Source: Eledone cirrhosa
Lineage: Eukaryota
NCBI GenBank assembly: GCA_964016885.1
Contig: OZ024740.1
Span: 89,032,001 to 89,096,000 of the forward strand
Length of the DNA: 64,000 bases
Reading direction: 5' to 3'
Below the pieces are notes generated by a model that had not been told where the DNA came from, did no database searches, and worked only from the letters and a program-made list of their open reading frames with translations. Position numbers and translations under genes: made by a program. Below, in pieces: positions 14,546 to 26,095 of this stretch. How positions within the stretch are numbered: the stretch's first letter is position 1; each line of letters starts with the position of its first letter.

Positions 14546-14607
<62 letters not shown>

Positions 14608-15001
14608 TATATATATATATATGGACTTGTCTCCTTCTTCCTCACTTTCTGTTACCTCACCATTTTGTTTGTTTACCCTCGCGTCCCCTTTATTTACGTG
14701 TCCCAACGACTTTTTTTAGCCGTTGCTCGCACCAACCGGAGGTATATGGTCTTTAACGCGATGAAATGCCTATGATAGTTGGAAGATCACTAATGAAGGA
14801 CAGACTTTTTTCATATGTAACCTTTTTGCAACTCCGCAGCGCCCTTATTATCATATTTATATATATTTACATATATCTATTGAGGTGTGATGCGCGTTTC
14901 GCGATTGATCAGATCAAGGTTCGATCTCTATCGATGGGACCCGACTCTGTATATGGAAAGAATATATTAGGTTACCGTTTGAAATACCAGAGAGAGTGTC
15001 A

Positions 15002-15035
15002 GAATGTTTCGGACGCTAGTCCTTCATCAGAAGAA
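15002..15035 (-). ncRNA. Hammerhead core remnant
   Basis: Minus strand CTGATGA-A-GGAC TAGC GTCC-GAAA-CATT; stem I pairing not evident. Confidence 0.45.
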
Positions 15036-16222
15036 AGAATGAGAAGTAAGATAGATTGAGGGTCTGGCGGAATTGGAAAAAATGTCTTTAGATAAAAATA
15101 ACACGTCCATTCATGTTGACATCTCTTGAAAAACCCTTGATGCTGGAGTTTTGTGTATGACATATTTTTTTAGTAAATTGGATGATGTAGCGTGTCTACC
15201 TGAAATGGAAAAAAATGTGTGCGCCTGTGTATGCACGTGTGTCTGTGTATGTGTTATTATACGTCCGTACGAAGCTAAGAAGATATGTGTGTATATATAA
15301 GTAAAAGAGTGTGTGTGATCCCCCAAGTACGAAGCTATGAGAAAAAGTATGTTAATATATGGGGGTGGCGTGTGTGTCAGTCCGTATACAGAGCTCTGAA
15401 GGGAAAAGTGGAGGGTGCATATTTTGTCGGTCTGTATTAGTTGTAAGAATATATGTTTCTGACCATAAAAGAGCCATAGGATTCTAGGGGTGAATGTGCA
15501 AGTGCGTGTGTGATAACGGACGGAGTATTAAAGAAATTGGGGAGGGGAGTTGAGTCCATACATCGAATTTGCAACTGCATCTCAGCAACATACACCTAAA
15601 TATTAGATGTATTCCGATATACTCAATAAGGTGGAAGAAACTCAACTCTTTCTATCAGAGAGGACGTATACGATAATACAGGGAAATGGCAGGAATAATA
15701 TTAGAATAGAAAAATCGCCGATAATAACAAAATCCAAATTCAGAGTGAAATATCTTACCCAGACAGTAACGTATTCAGATATACCATCCATTGTACATTT
15801 TCAGGTTAGATGTGCACATTAGTAGGATTATATAATTGATATTAACTCATATATCGCCTACAGCATGTGGTTCATTGAAACAAACAAAGAGAAGATTCAC
15901 TAAAATTCTAATTAATCTAATAACTATTTTTTACATATATTTCGAAAAAAGTACAGTAATATATATACATAAATATATATATGAATCTTCTGTGGAAGCG
16001 TAAAGCGTGCAACGGTGTTGGCAGATCAACCATAACGCTGGAGGTTGTTCTTGAAAATGACACCGGGTTGGCGGGTGGGGAAATTCAGAGGGCAATGCAA
16101 TGCTAGAGATGGTGAGCTGGAGGAGGAACTTCGTCAAGACAGTGGTAACGGATGTGTAGATTATGACACACACACGCACTCACATACACCTACACGCACA
16201 TACGCACACACACACACACACC

Positions 16223-16299
<77 letters not shown>

Positions 16300-17959
16300 A
16301 GAGAGTGAAGGAGCGAGTGAGACAGAGAGAAATAGGTGTTTGCGTGTGTATGCATATCTCTATATCCTGTAATACATGACGGTTCGTATGTGTGTCGTAT
16401 TGAAATACTGCCTTTCTAGGGCAATTCTTTAAAAGTTGATGGAGAACATCTCTCTAGGTCTGAATACTACAAAGGAGGTTGGAGAGAGTGAGAAATTACA
16501 AACCAGAATGAGATAAACTGATGCGCATACCCTAAACATTCTATCTGACGTTCAAATGCCTCTGCCAATTTGGCACTTTGTGTATGCATATAGTTATTTC
16601 AATTTACTGACACACTTTCATTCTTTGTTTCGATGTTCAATATTCCTCTTTTGATATGTTCCTTTCTTTAAAAATAGATTTTTGATGGGTCAGGTTTATA
16701 AGGGCTATGATCAACCCACGTTAACACTGACAGAAACGTGTAAGATTACTTTAGAAAAATACGGTATTGTTTTCTTACCATTCTACCGTACATAACATAA
16801 CGTATGAGGCATAACATAATAAAATATATATTTTATTGCAACCCATTATATTTTTTATATGAAGATAATTTGAATATTAAAGCAATGCCTATTAGATTGT
16901 TTTAATGAAACTGAAATGATAGCAAGTGTTACCGACAAGATATAATCGTGGTTATTTACATATATGAACATTAGAAATAAAACGAATATATTAAAAAATA
17001 ACTAATATCGTTATTCAACAAAGTAGACATAAATTGATAAATTCCTTGTTTTAATATTTTTCTTATTATAGTTTTTTCCTTCATATATTCTGATTCCTTT
17101 TTTGTTTTATTTTATTTTTCCTAATTTTATACAGAAGTATTGTTAGTAACACTCTTTTATTACAAATTGCAAACTAGAGATATTAATGAATAAAACGAAC
17201 ACAAGCTGGTTGCAGCCATTCTTTCATGTTTGATGTTTAATGTGAAATTGCCAATAATATTAGGGGGAAAGTTATCTTTATATTTCATATATTCAGATGA
17301 ATTATTTTATATAAATACTAAAGGAGTAGGAATTTTCAAAAACAAATATTTTAATATTCTTTCTGAGAAACAAAAAGGTACTTTGATTTATTTGGCCATC
17401 AGCATACGTAAGTAACATAGCCTTTTGTGTCTCTGTGCGTTTATGTAGATATCTAAAAATACACAGACATTCACAAACACACATATACTCATACATTTGA
17501 AAACTCTCAGTTTAATATGTACCTAGGAATGCTCCACTAGGAATACTAGGGGTAGTATAGAAAGACAAGATATATATATGTATGCGCATTCTAGCTCTAT
17601 AGACCTGTATAATAAACAGACTTAACATTCATTGAATAAACACTGTTAATTATTACCGTGTTTCATTACAGTTTATGTCAGTGCACTGAAATGCTGCAGT
17701 ATATAAAATTATCTAGGTTTAGGTAACATGTAATATGTGTACTTAATAAACACCAATAAAAAAGATAACAGGAGGAATATTAAGTTTAGGAAAGGAAAGA
17801 AAGGTTAACTTATGATGAGAACTAGGAGAACAAATTCCATATGATGATCTGGAAAAAGGTAATTCGATCTGCACAACCACAAGATCATGTAAAGAAAAAC
17901 GTGTCTGTTGAAGATGTCCCACCTGTAGCGGGATGAGTCAAGCCACCAAGCGAAAAGAC

Positions 17960-18365
17960 CACTATCGTAGAAATAAAGAGTTCAGTGGATTAATAATCGT
18001 AACCAGGTAAAGCAATCAAGTACGTTTTCCTTGGATAAGATTTATGATGAATATATGTGATTATCAAAAGTAAATTTCCAGACTTTGAAGCATTGAATTG
18101 TTTCGGTGCTCACAATGAAGTCTTGAATGTGTCGAGTATGTGTATTCTTCGGTTGGAATCTTAGCATGTTTATCGACCTTGCAGTATCTAGTGAGTAGAA
18201 CATTCTTGAAGGTGGGTATGGTTCGATATTTTCTTCGTATTTGTAGCTAGTGTACAGTGTCTAAGACATCAACACACATTTCTTTTAGCCAATATGTAAC
18301 CGTCTATGCAGTCTCTCTAACGGTATGACATTGTTATAGTTCCATTATATATCACGTCATCATAT
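17960..18365 (-). pseudogene. Possible highly decayed PLE GIY-YIG fragment
   Basis: Residual DVI*...C...HIG... and LVTIINPLN-like C-terminal motifs on the minus strand, with many stops. Confidence 0.3.
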
Positions 18366-19041
18366 TTACACAAGAATGGACAATGGCAGACTTCACACAA
18401 TCAAAGCTTTACACAATACGGGCTGAAATTTCCGATTACAACTGGCTCAAATATGGCTTAACTCGGGTTAATCCTCATCAACGACAAGAGTGTTTACTTA
18501 TATAATCTTAATGCATCAGATGTTAAAATGAGAAAGTATTTGGTGATTAATATTTAAATTAAAGTTAAAGGAAAATTCATAGATCGAATTGACAAGATAT
18601 TAGAATCAAATCTGATGACAGACTAGGTTGGATGGCATTAGTTATTAACTCAATGTGAACATTATAATTATTCTTATTCTTACAATTATTCCTAACCCGA
18701 TGCATGATCTCGGTCGGGATGTATATGACCAGGATTTCGCCCGGCATGCCTTGGCCTACAGCTAAAATATAAGTGTATGAACTTAGAACATGTAAATTTT
18801 ATAAGAATAACAGCATGCACGTAGAAAATATACGTATAATAACCAAAACGATATAACATTACTCTACATAATTATTCTATCAGTTACATCTACATTCCAA
18901 AGGATTAGATATATATTCCTCATATACGTAAAGGAACCGTTTAATATGATCTTTTATTAATTAAAAATATCTATTGAAGAAATATTTTCGCTATATGAAA
19001 TGATGTACACACACACACACTCACACACACACACACACACA

Positions 19042-19082
<41 letters not shown>

Positions 19083-19239
19083 ATACTTTGCGAGGGTCAT
19101 GTTGCCAATAAGAAACACACGCACCAGTGGTTTCACTTCAATTTATTATATATTTATAAATTTATAAATTTACAAATCTACAAACTTATAAATTTCTGGT
19201 TGGTTGGTTGGTTCCACAACCAGATAGTTGTTTATATAT

Positions 19240-19284
19240 AGTCATAGTCCTTTCGTCACACACTCTGTGACCTCTTCAGTGACT
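19240..19284 (-). ncRNA. Minimal type I hammerhead ribozyme in inverted pLTR
   Basis: Reverse complement of 22461-22505. Confidence 0.8.
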
Positions 19285-19306
19285 GGGGATTCCTTTCTTT
19301 GTTTCT

Positions 19307-21385
19307 GTGCCTTTACTTTCTTCTGTCCTACGCCATTTTGTTTCTGTGTGTGTGTTGTCTGCTCAGTTTGCGCGCATGCGCCACAACACACACATCAACA
19401 ACAACAACAATAGCAACATACCCAGAAACAACAACAACAGACACGCAGACACAAACAACAATAACAACACACACAACAACGATAACACACACGGAGACAA
19501 CAACAACACACGTCAACAACAGCACACATCAACAACAACAACACACACGCATTCAATGCCTCACACCACCACCACAATCTTAACAAATACACAGACACAG
19601 AAAACAAGTAATGACAGTAGCACAGAAATCAGAGAAATAAGGGAAAGTAATAAGATTAAAAGGAAAAGGAGATGGGATACTAAGGACAAAGAGAATAACC
19701 AAGACGAACACATAGACACACAAAATATGGTAGATAACAACATTGAACCAGTGGAAAGAGACAGGAGTAATTATGAGAGACATAGAAACAACCCTGAGGC
19801 TGTCGGTGGAAATAGAAATAGAAACAACACAACTAACAATAACACTAGCATTAGTACACATAAAGCAGCAACCTGGAACTCTCCGTTTTATAATCCCTCC
19901 GATAAATCATTCGACCTGCGACGAGTTCACGCCACGACTTTACCATTTAACAAACGCACGCAGTTGCCGTCGCAGGTCGATGAACAAACAGAAGCACAAT
20001 TTAGTATAGCTAAATCCGAACTTAGAAATATTATAGAACAGTGTAGCAAGAAGCATAATAGAATAGAGGCCCAGCAACTGGAACACAAATCTGCAAATGG
20101 CTTGCGTAAGTTCATGCAGCGCTCACGTAATGGAGAGATAGCATGCTTTCCAACAGACAATTCTGGCAGAATGTCGGTTGACAGCCTGCCAAACTACATC
20201 CAGGCAATGCAACCCCACATCACTAACACAAGAGAGGTAACACCACAGGAGCATGAGGATAGAGAAAAAGCCCTCAATGCCCATATGGTGATGTGGACGA
20301 ATATAATGCAGCCCAACAAAAGGACTGCCAACAACTTCCAGGCCTGGAACAATGACGTGCCGGCGTTGTATGGGCTTCGAAAAGACCATAACACGGGCTG
20401 TGACCCTGTCGCGGGACCACCAACACGGCCAGTCTGTGGAGCTAACATGGCTAGTAACTATAGACTGTCCTACTTCCTCTCCCTGATCATACGCCCCATC
20501 ATTGAGATGTCCCCAGATGTATGTGACAGCACGGAGGACCTCCTCAGCAGAATCGGCGCGAGTAACCGATCTGGGGACCTAACAAACTGCATAATAGGCA
20601 GTATGGATGTTGTGTCCCTGTATCCATCTATTGACGTGGATTTTGCAGGGGAGAAATGCGTAGAAATGATCAGCGAGAGCAATGTTGAGTTCCGTGGGAT
20701 TGATACCAGTGAGCTGGGACTTCTACTTAAGCTTACCCATAGTAATAGTTACCTAGACACTTATGACCTTAGCAACCTGTGCCCTACAAGACCAGCAAGA
20801 GGCAGACCACCTACCATTACCTCAATGGCCAAGAAAACCCACACAGATAGATGGAACGGGTGGACCAGAGCCATACGGACACCCGAAAACCACGATGAAC
20901 TGAAGAAAATGATTGCACATGCGGTAGGGGCCAGCATAAAATTAACCCTTAAGGAACATATGTTCAAATTTAATGGTAAAACATATGCCCAAGAGGAAGG
21001 AGCAGCCATTGGTGTTAGCATTGCAGGCGACATAGCTAACTTAGTCATGGTATGGTGGGACAGTAGACTTAAACAAAAACTTAAAGAACAATTAGAAGAC
21101 AGCTTAACCCTGATAATGTACTCCCGCTACGTAGATGATATAAACATCGTAGTTAAGACACCCCCACTAAAGAACAGTCAGGAACTAGAGAAAAACACAA
21201 TGGAAAGCATCCAGCAAATAGCAAACTCCATCCACCAGAGCATTAGAGTTACCATAGACTACCCAAGTAGACACCCCAACCATCGATTACCTGTACTAGA
21301 CACAGAGCTCTGGTTAGATACCATTAACAACCAGAACAAATCCTCCATTCCCATTATGCCAAACCCATTACTTCCAAACATCTGA
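19307..21385 (+). CDS. PLE reverse transcriptase (Asn/Thr-rich N-terminal region; first ~26 codons come from the inverted pLTR; frameshift near 21335)
   Basis: LYGLRKDH, PTRPVCGA, GSMDVVSLYPSID, QEEGAAIG, YSRYVDD, LPVLDTELW. Confidence 0.9.
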   Translation: MPLLSSVLRHFVSVCVLSAQFARMRHNTHINNNNNSNIPRNNNNRHADTNNNNNTHNNDNTHGDNNNTRQQQHTSTTTTHTHSMPHTTTTILTNTQTQKTSNDSSTEIREIRESNKIKRKRRWDTKDKENNQDEHIDTQNMVDNNIEPVERDRSNYERHRNNPEAVGGNRNRNNTTNNNTSISTHKAATWNSPFYNPSDKSFDLRRVHATTLPFNKRTQLPSQVDEQTEAQFSIAKSELRNIIEQCSKKHNRIEAQQLEHKSANGLRKFMQRSRNGEIACFPTDNSGRMSVDSLPNYIQAMQPHITNTREVTPQEHEDREKALNAHMVMWTNIMQPNKRTANNFQAWNNDVPALYGLRKDHNTGCDPVAGPPTRPVCGANMASNYRLSYFLSLIIRPIIEMSPDVCDSTEDLLSRIGASNRSGDLTNCIIGSMDVVSLYPSIDVDFAGEKCVEMISESNVEFRGIDTSELGLLLKLTHSNSYLDTYDLSNLCPTRPARGRPPTITSMAKKTHTDRWNGWTRAIRTPENHDELKKMIAHAVGASIKLTLKEHMFKFNGKTYAQEEGAAIGVSIAGDIANLVMVWWDSRLKQKLKEQLEDSLTLIMYSRYVDDINIVVKTPPLKNSQELEKNTMESIQQIANSIHQSIRVTIDYPSRHPNHRLPVLDTELWLDTINNQNKSSIPIMPNPLLPNI

Positions 21386-22256
21386 TCCACCGAAACTCGG
21401 CCATTTCGGACCATACCAAAATCAACATACTGATTGCGGATTTGGTACGGGTGATGAGAAATGTGTCCCGCATGTGCAACCCCGAAGAACTAGAGAGACA
21501 CATACAACACTTCATCCACCGTATGCAGTTCTCTGGCTACAATCAGAGAGATAGAATCAGAGTGTATAGAGGAGCCAGAACCAAATGGGAAAAAATGGTA
21601 AATAATAACATAAATGGGACCTGCCCATTGTATAGGAGCAAATTGTGGAATAGAATAGAAAGAACTAGGAACAAGGCCAATAGAATAAACTCATGGTATG
21701 ATAGCAATAAATACCAGAGTATAATGTTCCTCAATACAACCCCTAGAGGCGAACTAGCCTACACATTTAGAAGGGCCCTAAATAAACATAAACTCAATAT
21801 TAAGATAGTAGAAAGACCAGGTACCTCCGTAAAAACACTTATTAGCAAGACATACCCGTTCCAAAGACCCTCATGTATAGATAAGAAATGTATAACCTGT
21901 AAAATAAGCCCCATATTAACTGTAAAACTAGAAATGTAGTGTATAGCATCAGATGTACTGAAGGACAATGTAGAAACAAAAATATAGTGTACATAGGTGA
22001 GACAGCTCGTAGTATAGGGGAACGAATAAATGAACACTGGCGAGACCTTCAAGATAATAAAGAATCATCTGTGCTCTACCAACATGCTAAGATAGAACAC
22101 AGGGGTAAATTAGAGAACATAGAAATAAAAATAGAATCCACACACAGAAAAGATGCAATGTTTAGGCAAATTACAGAGGCAGTAAGCATACAAGAATTAC
22201 AACCAAAATTAAATAGAAAATATGAGTGGAACAGCAACATCACAACTTACAATTAA
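21340..22256 (+). pseudogene. PLE RT thumb, Cys-rich linker and GIY-YIG endonuclease (frameshift near 21910)
   Basis: RMQFSGY, CIDKKCITC, VYSIRC...CRNKNIVYIGETARSIGERINEH...RQITEAVSI...PKLNRKYEW. Confidence 0.9.
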
Positions 22257-22356
22257 GGACAAAATGAAAACACACACACACATAGAACAAACAACCAACC
22301 AACAATAAATAAATAAATAAACAAATAGATAAATGAACACAAACACACACAGACAC

Positions 22357-22414
22357 CCGGATGTGGCGCATGCGCAAACTGAGCACACAACACACACACA
22401 GAAACAAAATGGCG
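22357..22414 (+). promoter_or_regulatory. Candidate pLTR promoter cluster: ETS-like CCGGATGT, NRF1-like GCGCATGCGCA, YY1-like AAAATGGCG
   Basis: Consensus matches in a GC-poor context; NRF1-like and YY1-like motifs are retained in the same order in family B (45258-45341). Confidence 0.5.
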
Positions 22415-22460
22415 TAGGACAGAAGAAAGGAAAGGCACAGAAACAAAGAAAGGAATCCCC

Positions 22461-22505
22461 AGTCACTGAAGAGGTCACAGAGTGTGTGACGAAAGGACTA
22501 TGACT
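22461..22505 (+). ncRNA. Minimal type I hammerhead ribozyme in 3' pLTR
   Basis: AGTCA-CTGAAGA-G-GTCAC agagtgt GTGAC-GAAA-GGAC-TA-TGACT. Confidence 0.85.
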
Positions 22506-22870
22506 ATATATAAACAACTATCTGGTTGTGGAACCAACCAACCAACCAGAAATTTATAAGTTTGTAGATTTGTAAATTTATAAATTTATAAATATATAAT
22601 AAATTGAAGTGAAAGGCATGGTGCGTGTGTTTCTTATTGGCAACATGACCCTCCCAAAGTATAACAATATCGGTTTCAACACACGATTTCAGATAAAGAA
22701 TCTTGCTAAACAAATTCAGAAACGAAATATATATATATATATATATTTGTATGTATATATGTATGCATGTATGTATGTATGTATGTATGTTTTCTCTTTC
22801 TCTTAATTTTGAGTATATTATTTTGACCGGCCACCTTCCTGGTGGCAAGGTTGTAAAAGAAAAGAAATTG

Positions 22871-23460
22871 TCATCCCTTGAATCGCAAGAATGTTTTGCA
22901 TATTTTGAAGGTGCCAGCTATCGCAGCCATTTGTAGACTATGAATTAGGGAGCTGCGCTTTTTGTCCGCAAATCCAAGTTCGGTCATACTTTGGTCCAAG
23001 CGGGTTGGTATATAACCCGTAGCACCAATAATGATGGGTATGAAGCTAAAGGTGTATCTTGGATACTGGATTTGTAAGCTCCTCATCAATGGTCCGTAGA
23101 TGTCCTCCTTCTCCTGTATTTTTCTGACAACGTTTACATCAAGTGGGCAGCTGATCTCCACAACAGAACACGTTTTCAATGTGTGGTCCCAAACTACAAT
23201 ATCAGGCCGGTTGTGCTTTAATTTGGTGGCAGTTTTTATTTTCAGGTTCCACCAGTATTCCTTAGTGCCATCTGTCTCAATATATTCTTCCTCGTTTGTT
23301 GTTAATTTTGTTTTCCGAAGTGCGTTCCAGATAGTTCTAGCTATCCCATCGTGTCTCATGGGGAGGTAGTAGCGAGATGACATTCTTTCGCAGCTGGCAA
23401 CAATGTGGCTTACATCCTCGATCTTTGTTTTACATAGCCTACATTTATTGTCAGCTGCTG
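22871..23460 (-). CDS. R4/Dong CCHC knuckle and PD-(D/E)xK restriction-like endonuclease
   Basis: ADNKCRLCKTKIEDVSHIVASCERMSSRYYLPMRHD...HNRPDIVVWD...VVEISCP...KEDIY...PIIIGATG. Confidence 0.88.
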
Positions 23461-25446
23461 GCCCTCCTCTTTTGTGCAGCAGATAGGGAGTTCTTGTTCC
23501 TGTATTGCATAGAGATATCCCTCAAGGTGTGATGTCATAAACTTGTCGGAACTCCATGCCGGGCTTTTTGAGTGGTTTATCCCCTCTATGGTCTGTGTTT
23601 TACGCCTCAAGTATCCATGCACAACTTTCTCTGTAAATTGGTCAATTTTTTTTTCTTGTTTGAACATTGAATAGGATCTTCCGATTTCTCTGGGTGAGAG
23701 ATTTATATCAGGCTTTATTCCATATCTCTCCTCCAGATCAGTCGCTATTCTAATGATATTTCTTTTTTCATGCTCATAAACCTGAGCAAGATGGTCGCCA
23801 ACCTTTTTCCTCTGTTGAAGGTGTTGCTTCAGTGTTACTATCCGGGTCTCATATGTTGTTAATATTGATTTTAGACCCCGGCCACCTTCCTTGCGTGAGA
23901 AGTATAGCCTATCCACATCACCATTGATGTTAAAGTTCCCAGTAACACTGAGAAGTTTACGAGTTCTAACATCCATCTCACTTAGTTCTTGCAATGACCA
24001 GTTCAGTAGGCCAAATGTTGGCGTTATAATTGGCACAGCATAGGTATTGTGGGCAATGTATTTGTTGTATGCTGACAGTTCTGATGACCATATTTTTTTT
24101 ACTCTTCTGAGTTATTCAGTTCTGGTTCTCTCCTTATTTATGGGTCCATCATATCTGACATTCTCATCCTGTCCAAGATATCTGTAGTTGTCACCTGACT
24201 GCAGAGGTTGTATTGTCAGGCCGTTCATATCTAGATTTCTAGAGGAGGGCACAGCTCTTCCACGTTTTACTGCCAAATATGCACACTTGGACTCACCAAA
24301 TTTCATTTTGATGTCGGTTGAAAATTGTGTAATGAGGTCCAATTGTTTCTTGATGTCATTGATATTTGGCCCATACAACTTCAGGTCATCAACAAAGAAA
24401 AGATGGGAGATACTTCTGGGCCCACTTCTTTGTCCACCTTGTTTCCTGAGTAGGTAAGATAGTGGATTCAGTGAGAGAACGAAGAGTAGTACTGACAAGC
24501 TATCACCCTGAAAGATGCCCTTCTGGTAATGTATCCTATCAGTCTTAACCTGCTCCTTCTCACCTCTAAGGATCAAATTGGTGTACCAGTTCTTGGTCAG
24601 GCGTTCAACAGCAGCTACTAATGGTTGTGGGACTTTAGCTAACTGTAAAGCCTTAATAATCCACCCATGAGGTACACTATCAAATGCTTTTTGATAGTCC
24701 AGCCTCACGACAGTCATGTTTCTGCGATTCTTTGTTGTTTTTTCCTGAATCATTTTGTTAGTTAGTAGGTGATCTATGCAACCCCACACCTCCCTCTTTC
24801 CACCAGCTTGCTCAGGTGTTATGATGTTGTTGGTAGCACAGTGATCCTGTAAGAACAGGTTAAGGCACCCAGTATATAATTTATACATGATGTTTTGGCA
24901 GGCAATTGGGCGGTAATTTTTAGCAAGGGTGGTTTGGCTATTTTGGGGAATGAGGAGAGTAGTGGCAGTTGATAACCATCTGGGCAGTTCTTGTGTGCCC
25001 TTAATGGTTTCTGTAAACAGCCGTATGAGATCTTGCCGATAGAAAGTGAAATTCTTCAACCAGTATCCTGTAATGAGGTCTGGGCCTGGCGATTTCCTAT
25101 TCGCCATTTTCTGTAGAGCTGTTTCCAGTATTGACCCATCTATGTCATATTGTTTTGTCTGGACATGTTGGCAGTAGTCCTGTTCCAGTTGTTTTAGCCA
25201 ATTAGCTTGTCTGTTGAATCCGTCATCCGTTTCCCATACAGATCTCCAGTAGTTCTCAACCTGTTCTTTTGAAGGGGTGTCGTTTACAGGGATTGAGCTT
25301 TTGCCCCCGAAGCTGCGATAAACTGATTTAGGATCTCTGGCAAACAATCTATTTAGCACTTGTCGTTTATGGGCTGTTGACTTATATTTTAGTCTTTCTG
25401 TTGTAGCTGTGAGTTGTTGTTTCAACTGGTGTAATTTGGAGTTCAA
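23410..25446 (-). pseudogene. R4/Dong RT domain (in-frame TAA at 24112-24114; frameshift near 23490)
   Basis: ORFs 24112..25446 and 23410..24036 share a frame, joined by RTE*LRRVKKIWSSELSAYNK. Confidence 0.88.
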
Positions 25447-25545
25447 AGTTTTAAATTAGGTATCTCCAAATGTATGTATGTATGTATGTATGTATGTATG
25501 TATGTATGTATGTATGTATGTATGTATGTATGTATGTATGTATGT

Positions 25546-26095
25546 CGGGTCACTATTGATTGCTACTGGTAACATGTACCCAGTCCAACTTGTCGCATGG
25601 TCGGGTCGTTGGTGACTAAACCAACCGGCAACCCCACCAAGTTTACTTGATGAGGACGGTGATTTTGGACACCCTGCAGGACAAAAAACAAAACCTGACA
25701 AAGGGTGGAAGAACTCATAAGAGTCAACGACCAACCCAAAATGTGTAAATATGTATATACATGTATGCATGTGTATATATGTGTAGATGTATATATGTAT
25801 ATACATGCATACATGTATATCTATATGCGCGTGGAAATAGAAATAACCGGGCTGGATACCCGATCGCGCTATTAAACCACTGGGAGTGGAGGATCCCTAG
25901 CATTTGTCAGGGCATTCTTCTAGGAGAAGGCAACTCAGGAAACTGGGATGACTCCGACATAAAACCTGCGGCTCAGTAGTTACCGATGATGTTGATCTTT
26001 TCTTCTTTTTGGGTTATAGCTACTGCCGCTTTGGATCAGTGCACAGTCTTTCCTCACTTTAAAAAATATCTTCATGCCCAGGCATTTCATGATAG
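25546..26095 (+). mobile_element. RTE-like LINE 5' region, related to 38815-40007, interrupted by simple repeat
   Basis: gctactggtaacatgtacccagt...ggcaaccccaccaag...ctaggagaagg shared with the reverse complement of 39100-39420. Confidence 0.7.

Larger units (their letters stand above)
19076..22726 (+). mobile_element. Penelope-like retroelement family A, copy 1: inverted 5' pLTR (19076-19385), 5'-truncated RT-GIY-YIG ORF and 3' pLTR (22257-22726)
   Basis: RT and GIY-YIG motifs; 19076-19385 is the reverse complement of 22362-22669; (TA)n on both flanks. Confidence 0.95.
22790..25470 (-). mobile_element. R4/Dong-clade non-LTR retrotransposon (RT, CCHC and restriction-like endonuclease), 5'-truncated
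   Basis: RT (KSPGPD, NYRPIAC, LDYQKAFDSVPH, GIFQGDSLS, HLFFVDDLKLY), R..GGRGL, CRLC...H....C, RHD, NRPDIVV, VVEISCP; (TGTA)n at both flanks. Confidence 0.92.

Noticed and set aside
19307-19385. Start of the 692-aa ORF as the real PLE initiation site
   Set aside because: It lies in the antisense inverted pLTR, so the N-terminus is a junction artefact
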